The notes below the pieces were generated by a model. It was not told the origin of the DNA. It made no database searches and was given only the letters and a program-made list of their open reading frames with translations. From an uncultured Desulfobacteraceae bacterium (GTDB lineage: Bacteria; Desulfobacterota; DSM-4660; Desulfatiglandales; Desulfatiglandaceae), in NCBI GenBank assembly GCA_964384085.1, contig CAYLJZ010000007.1:3340-67339 (forward strand): a stretch of 64,000 nucleotides of DNA. Direction: 5' to 3'. Below are positions 57,247 through 64,000 of this stretch, piece after piece (position 1 is the first letter of the stretch; every line of letters begins with the position of its first letter). Both the position numbers and the translations under genes were made by a program.

Positions 57247-58451
57247 TTTACGATCGTTACCTTTTCTTTTTCCGGGTTCCAGAATTTTGTAAGAGGCTTA
57301 AATGTCTGATCCTCATTAATTTTCACAATTCTGGCGGAAAAAGACCCTCCATGGTCGGTCTTTGTATAGGTGACGTTGGGAATCAGCCCGCCGAAATCTT
57401 CGTTCTGGAAGGTCTCCAGGGCAAGATTGATGGTCTCACTGTCTATTTTACCCAGTTTGTCATGGGCTCTTTGGAAGGCCTTTGCCATGATAGCGCCGAT
57501 AACAATCCCTTCCCAGTAGGAACAGTCGAATTTGTCTACAGTCTTATACTTCGCCATGAGGTCTTCAATCAGCTTGATCCCTGGATTGCCGTCACCCGGC
57601 AGGCACCCCGGAAACTGCATGTACATCCGGTCTCGAATAAGGCCGGCCCCCCGTTTGAAGAAATCAGGGTCTGTCGACGTCCAGGTCCCGAAAAAGGGGA
57701 CATTATAACTCACGCGGTCGGCGGATTGAAGGGCCATAATAATGGCGGAAGGGAGGACTTGCATAAAGATATACTCAGCGCCCTTTTCCTTGAGTCTCAA
57801 AAGTTCGGTCTTCAGATCCAGGCTCTTGGGTGGAAATTCTTCAATGGCAACGATCTCAATCTTGTTTTTAGAGGCATATTCCTGGCTGGGTTCGTGAATC
57901 GATTTTCCGTAAGCATTGTTGTAGGTAAGGAGTCCTACCTTGGGCGGTGAACTCCCTTTATGGATGGCCTTGATGTATCCGAGGACCGCGTAGGAGTCCA
58001 TCACGTAACTCCCAAAGGGGAGATAGGCGTAGTCGACCGGGGGCTTGAGGATGCCCTGGTAAGTGGAATAGTTGATATTGGGAACCTTATACTCCTGAGT
58101 GATCGGCTTTGAACTGACCCCGGAGCCTGCGTCCCAGGTGGCAATCATGTCCATCTTGTCAGACGTACAGAAATTCTTGACATATTTCAGGGCCTCGGGG
58201 ACCTTGTAGGCATGATCAACCACCGTCAGGTCGATCTTGTTGCCGGCGATGCCGCCTTTTTCTTCGTTAATATATCGGAAATAGTCTTGATGTCCCTTGG
58301 CGTGAAATTGACCCCACGTTGATGCGGGACCGGTGAGGTTAATGACGGCCCCTACCTTGATGTCCTTTGCGAAAGCGCCCATTGGAAAGCCGATAGCGAC
58401 CAATCCTGCCATAACCAAACAAACAGTTGCCAAAACGAATAATTTGCGCAT
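57243..58451 (-). CDS. Periplasmic substrate-binding protein, Leu/Ile/Val-binding-protein family (type I PBP)
   Basis: Signal peptide MRKLFVLATVCLVMAGLVAIGFPMGAFA followed by KDIKVGAVINLTGPAS. Start set at the ATG at 58451, 7 nt after AAAGGAG. Confidence 0.85.
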   Translation of the reverse strand: MRKLFVLATVCLVMAGLVAIGFPMGAFAKDIKVGAVINLTGPASTWGQFHAKGHQDYFRYINEEKGGIAGNKIDLTVVDHAYKVPEALKYVKNFCTSDKMDMIATWDAGSGVSSKPITQEYKVPNINYSTYQGILKPPVDYAYLPFGSYVMDSYAVLGYIKAIHKGSSPPKVGLLTYNNAYGKSIHEPSQEYASKNKIEIVAIEEFPPKSLDLKTELLRLKEKGAEYIFMQVLPSAIIMALQSADRVSYNVPFFGTWTSTDPDFFKRGAGLIRDRMYMQFPGCLPGDGNPGIKLIEDLMAKYKTVDKFDCSYWEGIVIGAIMAKAFQRAHDKLGKIDSETINLALETFQNEDFGGLIPNVTYTKTDHGGSFSARIVKINEDQTFKPLTKFWNPEKEKVTIVK

Positions 58452-58941
58452 AGTCGTCTCCTTTATCAACTAAAGAGTTTGTTCGCTACATCCACAAAAC
58501 CTCACGCCTGATCACGACTAAAGTGAATCACCTCCCTTTCTTTCCTTGGATTAATAAATATGCAGCAATATGGGTAAGGCCCCTCTTGGCCCCCTGATAA
58601 CGGTTAGAATACGCTTAACTTTCAAGACAGTTACTCCCTTAACCGCCGTGCCCTTGCACTCTAATTCAACTTAGAATTTTTTGTCAAGAAGTTATTGCCA
58701 CCCGATTTTCTATTATTTTTCTGCTCCGGCGCTTTGCTCAACCCATTCGTATTCTCCGTGCCCGCCGCTTTTTGGTATGGCAGAGGCGGATTCACCTGCT
58801 GCACTGCATTATCCCCGCTTCGTAAAAGACACTCTTCAGACATAAAATCTGGCACATTCAAAAACAAGGTTTCGCCTTCCCTAAAATACCTGAATGAGGC
58901 CTTCCTTTCTAAAAATTCAGTCACAAAATACAGAAAAAGGC

Positions 58942-58970
58942 TTGACACCGACCGCACGCAATGGTATCAG
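58942..58970 (+). promoter_or_regulatory. Candidate tetR promoter (TTGACA-17 nt-TATCAG)
   Basis: Read directly, 40 nt upstream of the tetR ATG. Confidence 0.35.
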
Positions 58971-58977
58971 ATTTTTG

Positions 58978-58995
58978 AATGAATAGTCATTCATT
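58978..58995. promoter_or_regulatory. Perfect 7-4-7 inverted repeat AATGAAT-agtc-ATTCATT, a candidate TetR operator
   Basis: Read directly. Lies between the candidate -10 box and the tetR start codon. Confidence 0.45.
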
Positions 58996-59009
58996 AACGG
59001 TGCGAACTG

Positions 59010-59627
59010 ATGGCAAAGAGAAAAAACAACGAAAAATATCAGAGGATTATTGCGGCGGCCACCAAGGTTTTTGCCAGGAAGGGTTTCTATCAGTCCAGGA
59101 TATCGGAGATTGCGAAAGAGGCCCAGGTCGCGGATGGAACCATCTACATCTATTTTGAAAACAAGGATGATATCCTGATCTCCCTGTTCGAGGAGCAGAT
59201 GCAGGCCGTACTGGATAATATGACCTCCCGGTTGGTGAACCTGACCGATCCGGCGAAAAAACTCGAAGAATTCGCGTGGACCCACCTGAGCCTTATCCAT
59301 AACAATAAGGACATGGCCGAGATCATTCAGGTCGAGCTGCGTCAGAGCGGCAAGTTCATGAAAGAATATAAGAATGAAAAATTTACTCAATATCTCAACA
59401 TTATTGAAGACATTATTGTGGAAGGTCAGAACTCGGGCCTTTTCAAGAAAAGTGTAGTGCCAAATGTAGCCAAAAGGGCATTTTTTGGAGCCCTGGACGA
59501 GGTGTCGAGGGTTTGGGTGTTGTCAAGCCGCAGACAATATGATATCAAGACTGTCGCCAAGCAGATCAGCGAATATTTTTTGGATGGAATAGTGGCTTGC
59601 CCCGGCTCTACGGGTATTCAGGCATAG
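59010..59627 (+). CDS. TetR/AcrR-family transcriptional regulator
   Basis: HTH region AATKVFARKGFYQSRISEIAKEAQVADGTIYIYFENKDDIL. Confidence 0.85.
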   Translation: MAKRKNNEKYQRIIAAATKVFARKGFYQSRISEIAKEAQVADGTIYIYFENKDDILISLFEEQMQAVLDNMTSRLVNLTDPAKKLEEFAWTHLSLIHNNKDMAEIIQVELRQSGKFMKEYKNEKFTQYLNIIEDIIVEGQNSGLFKKSVVPNVAKRAFFGALDEVSRVWVLSSRRQYDIKTVAKQISEYFLDGIVACPGSTGIQA

Positions 59628-59793
59628 GCCGGCATTTTCGAACCTATGTCAACCGGAGACGCCTGGAACATGATGCGTTGGAGTTTTCATGCAGCATGAT
59701 TCGTAGGTTGAAGGGAGATGGCTCATCATATTGTCGACCCTTCATATTGTCGACAAATTAATCTTTAACGGAGTTGGAAGAAAGGAGGATAAC

Positions 59794-60588
59794 GTGAACA
59801 TTATTGTTTGTCTGAAACAGGTGCCGGATACAGAGACCCAGATCAAGATCGGATCGGACCGCCAGTCCATTGTGACCGATGACATCAAATGGGTCATGAA
59901 TCCCTATGATGAATATGGCGTAGAGGAGGCCTTGCGCCTGAAGGAAAAGCATGGGGGCGAGGTCACCGTGGTGGGGCTCGGTCCGAAAAGGGTCACCGAG
60001 TCTATACGCACCGCCCTGGCCATGGGCGCGGACAAGGGGATTCTCATCAGCGACGAAGCCCTGAATGGAAGTGATTCGCTTGCCCATGCAAAGGCACTCG
60101 TTGCGGCCATCAAAGACACTGAATACGATCTGATCTTCACCGGGCAGCGGGGCGTAGATGACGATTTGGGCATTGTCGGCGCTACCCTCGCGGAGCTGTT
60201 GAACATTCCACAGCTTTCACTGATTATCAAGGTGGAAGTGGCGGAGGACGGTAAGTCGGTCAAGGTGGAACGGCCAATTGAGGGGGAGACTCTGGTCATC
60301 ACATCCCCGCTCCCGGCCCTGATCACTGCTCAGAAGGGTCTGAACGAACCTCGATACGCCTCATTGCCCGGAATTATGAAGGCAAAGAAAAAGCCACTTG
60401 TAGAAAAGTCCCTTGCAGATCTTGGGCTGAACGTTGCCGATTTTGGAGCTGGCGCGAGAAAAATGAAAATTCTGGAGCTGACTCCGCCTCCCGGCAGGCA
60501 GGCAGGCAAGATTATCGAAGGGGAGACGCCGCAGGAAAAGGCCGCACAATTGGCGAAGTTGCTCCACGAGGAGGCAAAGGTTCTCTAA
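59794..60588 (+). CDS. etfB: Electron transfer flavoprotein beta subunit
   Basis: The sequence (V)NIIVCLKQVPDTETQIKIG...NPYDEYGVEEALRLKE is typical of EtfB. The GTG at 59794 is preceded by AAAGGAGG. Confidence 0.9.
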   Translation: MNIIVCLKQVPDTETQIKIGSDRQSIVTDDIKWVMNPYDEYGVEEALRLKEKHGGEVTVVGLGPKRVTESIRTALAMGADKGILISDEALNGSDSLAHAKALVAAIKDTEYDLIFTGQRGVDDDLGIVGATLAELLNIPQLSLIIKVEVAEDGKSVKVERPIEGETLVITSPLPALITAQKGLNEPRYASLPGIMKAKKKPLVEKSLADLGLNVADFGAGARKMKILELTPPPGRQAGKIIEGETPQEKAAQLAKLLHEEAKVL

Positions 60589-60664
60589 AGCTTGAGCCGG
60601 CGTGATATCGCACTGGCGCTAAATTTGAGCATGAAATCAATACAGAACAGGTAAGGAGATAAAA

Positions 60665-61648
60665 ATGGCACAGGGAGTTTGGACAATTGCTGAGCAAAGG
60701 GACGGAAAAATCCGTAAAATTACTTACGAACTCGTCAGTGAAGGGAGGCGTCTGGCCGATGCCTTGGGTCAGGAACTGACAGTGGTGCTGCTCGGCTCCA
60801 ATGTCAAAGACAAGGCTGCGGAATTCGGCCCTTATGGAGCGGACAAGGTCCTGGTGGCTGACGATTCAAGACTCGAACCCTACACCACCGATGCGTATGT
60901 CTCCGTTATCTCGCAGTTGGTGAAGGCCAACGAACCGGGCATACTCCTTTTGGGCGCATCTGTTGAGGGAAAGGATCTGGCCGGCAGATTGGCTGCCAGA
61001 TTGGATGTGGCCATGGCGCAGGACTGCACAGCCTTTGCCATTGAGAACGGGAGCCTTGTGGCGACCCGCCCCATCTATGCAGGCAAAGCGTATGCGAAGG
61101 TGACATTTGAAAACAGCTGGCCCCAGATGGCTACTGCCAGGCCAAAGGTAATGAGCGTCAGGGAGCCCGATCCTTCCAAATCTGCGGAGGTGATAGATGC
61201 GGCTTTCACATTGAACGATGCGGACCTCAAGACAAAGGTCGTCAATGTGGTCAAGGATGAAAGCGGCAAGGTTGACCTGACCGAGGCAGACAAGATCGTC
61301 TCGGGGGGCCGTGGCATGAAAGGACCTGAAAATTACACTATCTTAGAAGCGTTAGCCGATGTGATCGGCGCCAGCGTGGGGGCTTCGCGTTCGGCCGTGG
61401 ACGCGGGCTGGCGGCCCCATGCAGATCAGGTGGGACAGACAGGGAAGGTGGTGTCGCCAAACCTCTATGTGGCGTGCGGGATTTCAGGGGCGATTCAGCA
61501 CCTGGCGGGAATGAGCACCTCAAAGGTCATTGTCGCCATCAATAAAGATGCGGATGCCCCCATCTTTCAGAAGGCCGACTATGGGGTGGTCGGCGATCTC
61601 TTTGATGTGGTTCCGGCCTTGACAGAAGAGGTTAAGAAGTACGTGTAA
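60665..61648 (+). CDS. etfA: Electron transfer flavoprotein alpha subunit
   Basis: Contains the FAD-binding region IVSGGRGM...VGQTGKVVSPNLYVACGISGAIQHLAGM. Confidence 0.9.
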   Translation: MAQGVWTIAEQRDGKIRKITYELVSEGRRLADALGQELTVVLLGSNVKDKAAEFGPYGADKVLVADDSRLEPYTTDAYVSVISQLVKANEPGILLLGASVEGKDLAGRLAARLDVAMAQDCTAFAIENGSLVATRPIYAGKAYAKVTFENSWPQMATARPKVMSVREPDPSKSAEVIDAAFTLNDADLKTKVVNVVKDESGKVDLTEADKIVSGGRGMKGPENYTILEALADVIGASVGASRSAVDAGWRPHADQVGQTGKVVSPNLYVACGISGAIQHLAGMSTSKVIVAINKDADAPIFQKADYGVVGDLFDVVPALTEEVKKYV

Positions 61649-61658
61649 AGAGGAGTTT

Positions 61659-61687
61659 GGGGATTGAGGGCATTGCCCTCAATCCCC
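61659..61687 (+). terminator. Perfect 13-bp hairpin after etfA (GGGGATTGAGGGC-att-GCCCTCAATCCCC); no U-run
   Basis: Read directly, 10 nt after the etfA stop. It lacks a T tract, so its terminator function is uncertain. Confidence 0.35.
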
Positions 61688-61748
61688 CCATCCCGTATCC
61701 CGTTTAATTCCCTTCAAGCGCCGATGTGAACCCGCTGGCATTATTTGG

Positions 61749-61776
61749 TTGACAAAAAACAAAATTTCGATAAATT
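61749..61776 (+). promoter_or_regulatory. Candidate sigma70 promoter for the tRNA (TTGACA-16 nt-TAAATT)
   Basis: Read directly. The -10 box ends 20 nt before tRNA position 1. Confidence 0.5.
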
Positions 61777-61796
61777 ACCAAGTCTGAAAAACAGAC

Positions 61797-61873
61797 GGCG
61801 GTGTAGCTCAGTTGGTCAGAGCATACGGCTCATATCCGTAGAGTCACTGGTTCAAATCCAGTCACCGCCACCA
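61797..61873 (+). tRNA. tRNA with anticodon CAT: elongator tRNA-Met (or lysidine-modified tRNA-Ile2), CCA encoded
   Basis: Cloverleaf folded by hand. Acceptor GGCGGTG/CACCGCC, D arm GCTC..GAGC, anticodon stem TACGG/CCGTA with loop CTCATAT, T arm ACTGG-TTCAAAT-CCAGT. The paired 1-72 position argues against an initiator. Confidence 0.9.
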
Positions 61874-61900
61874 ATAAAAATCCCGATCAGATATTGACAA

Positions 61901-62518
61901 ATGCCGGGTCGGCCTTATTTTCTGCCAGAATTATACCCAATTCACGAGCCTTTTAAGATGGCCTCTTTCAGGCAGAATGAACTCATTACGGTAAGCGATG
62001 CCCTCGACATTGCAGAGGACGCGACAGGGAATTTCTTCAAGACGTCGATCGCGCAATCTAACAGGTATGGGTATGATGTGAAGACCCTTTCCTCTCTGAA
62101 CCAGGGGGAAATCAGTAATTTTGCCCTTGCAGTTCTAAGCAAGGGGATGAGGGTATTGAACGATTTTGAACCCAGAACCAAAACGCGTGATTTTTATTTC
62201 ATCTGCCTCCAAGACCATCTCATTCTGAAGGCGCTCAGAAGGGATAGAGATCTGGCGCTTCTGCCGTTTTTGGTGTATATCTTCACCCACGAACTGGTTC
62301 ATATCGTCAGATTCTGTAAGTTTTTTCAGAGATTCGATGTGACGGATAGAGAGCGGGCCGAGGAAGAGGAGGTCGTGCACTCGCTGACCTTTGACATATT
62401 GAAAAAATTTTCCCTGGCCCAACTGGATTATGTTCTGGATTCTTACCAGGGCCACAGGATCTGTCAAATCAGGAGTGACATGAAGGAGGAAAATAGGAAT
62501 GCCGATTTACGAATATGA
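61901..62518 (+). CDS. Hypothetical protein with an HExxH motif (FTHELVHIV), a possible small metallopeptidase-like protein
   Basis: ORF with a single HExxH and no family recognised. The start is uncertain (ATG at 61901 or 61958; neither has a good SD). Confidence 0.45.
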   Translation: MPGRPYFLPELYPIHEPFKMASFRQNELITVSDALDIAEDATGNFFKTSIAQSNRYGYDVKTLSSLNQGEISNFALAVLSKGMRVLNDFEPRTKTRDFYFICLQDHLILKALRRDRDLALLPFLVYIFTHELVHIVRFCKFFQRFDVTDRERAEEEEVVHSLTFDILKKFSLAQLDYVLDSYQGHRICQIRSDMKEENRNADLRI

Positions 62519-62807
62519 ATGTGACGCATGCGGACGTCATATGGAAGTCTTGCAAAAATTTTCAGATCCGCCGCTTACTGAGTGTGAGGCGTGCCATTCT
62601 GGCAAAGTCAAGAGGGTCATCTCTCAAAGTACCTTTCACCTGAAAGGGAGTGGTTGGTACGTCACTGACTATGCTTCCAAGTCCGGCTCCACCTGCAGCA
62701 GGGGCGCTGAAAAGGGTTCTGACGGGGGCAAAAAATCAGACGTCCCATCTTCCACAGACAACAAACACAAGAAGGAAGTCCCGGTGACTTCCAACGCCAA
62801 GGAATAG
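62499..62807 (+). CDS. FmdB-family zinc-ribbon protein (CxxC_CxxC_SSSS type)
   Basis: MPIYEYECDACGRHMEVLQKFSDPPLTECEACHSGKVKRVIS is the canonical FmdB-family N-terminus. Confidence 0.8.
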   Translation: MPIYEYECDACGRHMEVLQKFSDPPLTECEACHSGKVKRVISQSTFHLKGSGWYVTDYASKSGSTCSRGAEKGSDGGKKSDVPSSTDNKHKKEVPVTSNAKE

Positions 62808-62823
62808 GCCGAAAAGGTTTTCC

Positions 62824-63369
62824 ATGTACACACGAGATTCCGGAAGGGTCCAGGATAAATTGATTAATAAACTTGAGAGGCAGGAAAAGCAGAGGGCCTT
62901 TCAGCAGGGACGGTTTTTCAGATTTAAGCTCCCAGAAATTCACAACAAGCTGCGTCAGACACTCCTGGAGGAAAAGATTATTGAAACCGACAATGCGGCG
63001 GCTGTTTCCGATTCTATCCTCAAAGGTCTGAAAATGGCGCTCAACAGCTCCGAATTCGATTTCAAATATTTTGTTTCACCCATCCGCGATCTCGTCCCGC
63101 ATCCGAATCCCTATTCTCTGTATATGACCCAGTATTTGATGGAGGTCCTTATCAATGATCCGGACGTGATCGAGATATACGGCACAGATGAGGACATCTA
63201 CCACTCCATCGACCGAATTGTCACACAGAGCCGTAACCAATTCGAGAAGGTGGAAAAGGACATTTTGGACCAGTTGGCCCAGAAAAAGACGCTGACGCCC
63301 GGGTCTGCCGAGTACAAAATCGCCATGGACCAGCTTCTCCGAGAAAAGCTGGGGGAACCGCAAAAATAG
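62824..63369 (+). CDS. Hypothetical protein (181 aa, helical, charged)
   Basis: Clean ORF. No family recognised with confidence. Confidence 0.5.
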   Translation: MYTRDSGRVQDKLINKLERQEKQRAFQQGRFFRFKLPEIHNKLRQTLLEEKIIETDNAAAVSDSILKGLKMALNSSEFDFKYFVSPIRDLVPHPNPYSLYMTQYLMEVLINDPDVIEIYGTDEDIYHSIDRIVTQSRNQFEKVEKDILDQLAQKKTLTPGSAEYKIAMDQLLREKLGEPQK

Positions 63370-63518
63370 TAGGCGAGGATCGCTAAGTGGGCGCGCAACA
63401 ATAAGCTGACCAGTTTTAGCTGTTTGGTGCTGTAGTATAATGGTTTGAGTTCTGTCATATTCATGATAGCGTATATCGCACAAACCCCAAATGTGGTCAT
63501 GTTATTTCTGCGCGACTC

Positions 63519-63995
63519 CTAAGAATCCGCCTCATAGTCCAAAAGATACCGCTTCACATCAAGCCCGCTTCCAAAACCGCCGAGGCCCCCGGCAGCCACC
63601 ACGCGATGTCACGGAAAAAGCAATGGAAAGGGATTTCTCCTCATGACCTGACCGACGGCCCTGGCGGCCAATGGTTTTCCCATCATTGAAGCGACCGCCC
63701 CATACGTCCGCGTATGGCCAAAGGGTATGGTCGCGATGGCCTTCAATACGGCCCATTGAAACGGGCTGAATGAGACATCCATGGAGAGGGCTTTTTCTGC
63801 AGGCGTATTTCGCAAGGCCGCCTCCACGGCCTCGGCAAGGTGTTGATTCAGACGGTCGTTCTCGCTAAGATTTGCCGTCGGAAAGAGACGCCTGAAAAAG
63901 TGTACGGGATGGCTCGACCGGTTCAGCTCCAACCCGATTCGAAACGCCCCTTTCCGTGTAGATGCCAGATAGACCGTCAGACGGCCCACTTTCAT
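63519..63995 (-). CDS. ogt: Methylated-DNA--protein-cysteine methyltransferase (Ogt/MGMT) with TGA at the active-site Cys codon (candidate selenocysteine; alternatively a nonsense pseudogene)
   Basis: The reverse frame reads ...FSPFQWAVLKAIATIPFGHTRTYGAVA...AVGQVMRRNPFPLLFP-[TGA 63609..63611]-HRVVAAGGLGGFGSGLDVKRYLLDYEADS-TAG (63519..63521). The flanks match the family signature NPxxxxxPCHRV...G.LGG...K..LL..E. Confidence 0.75.
63576..63596 (-). promoter_or_regulatory. Candidate SECIS-like hairpin downstream of the ogt UGA (stem GCUGCCG/CGGCGGU, loop GGGGCCU)
   Basis: Starts 12 nt after the UGA. 7 bp including two GU pairs. Hand-folded only. Confidence 0.35.
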
Positions 63996-64000
63996 TTTCG

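Noticed and set aside
61797-61873. The tRNA considered as an initiator tRNA-fMet or as an integration hotspot for a genomic island
   Set aside because: Positions 1-72 are base-paired (G-C) and the anticodon stem lacks three consecutive G-C pairs, so it is not an initiator. There is no integrase, no duplicated tRNA 3' end and no mobility genes downstream.

Overview
This 64-kb segment looks chromosomal. Its gene content is a selenocysteine-type HdrA with HdrC/HdrB, EtfBA, multihaem c-type cytochromes, a MoxR/Bat operon, and an acyl-CoA ligase inside a Liv-type ABC operon. That content reads like an anaerobic Deltaproteobacteria/Desulfobacterota-type organism, possibly a syntroph, but the taxonomic guess is inference only. 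I can support about 55 protein genes, 1 tRNA, 2-3 pseudogenes, a few promoters and terminators, and several short intergenic repeats. I saw no rRNA, CRISPR array, transposase, integrase or phage genes. Layout, left to right: Trm112-methyltransferase, bioY-birA, CBS/ACT protein, a truncated PAS kinase, the full moxR-DUF58-batABCDE operon, tkt, TVP38 and DUF218 membrane proteins, rng plus a fused radical-SAM gene, pilC-pilS, nagZ/murU/amgK, a decayed HIT gene, an HNH nuclease, two tandem 609-aa multihaem cytochromes, cspA, an AttEFGH-like ABC system, hdrA-hdrC-hdrB, a PBP5-type carboxypeptidase, a roughly 1570-aa orphan protein, a Liv-type ABC operon with an embedded AMP-ligase, tetR-etfBA, tRNA-Met(CAT), three small proteins, and ogt. 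The strongest observations are these. (1) Two in-frame TGA codons sit exactly at conserved cysteine positions. One is in HdrA, which is a known selenoprotein class. The other replaces the catalytic Cys of an Ogt/MGMT alkyltransferase (P-[TGA]-HRV), which is unusual. Each has a hairpin just downstream. (2) There is a giant domain-less orphan ORF. (3) There is a tandem paralogous multihaem cytochrome pair. (4) There is a rearrangement or assembly junction where a histidine kinase loses its ATPase domain and overlaps a convergent, frameshifted ORF. (5) There are short dispersed intergenic repeats. I found no convincing new multi-gene system such as a defence island. The Sec-Ogt and the orphan giant are the best candidates for novelty.
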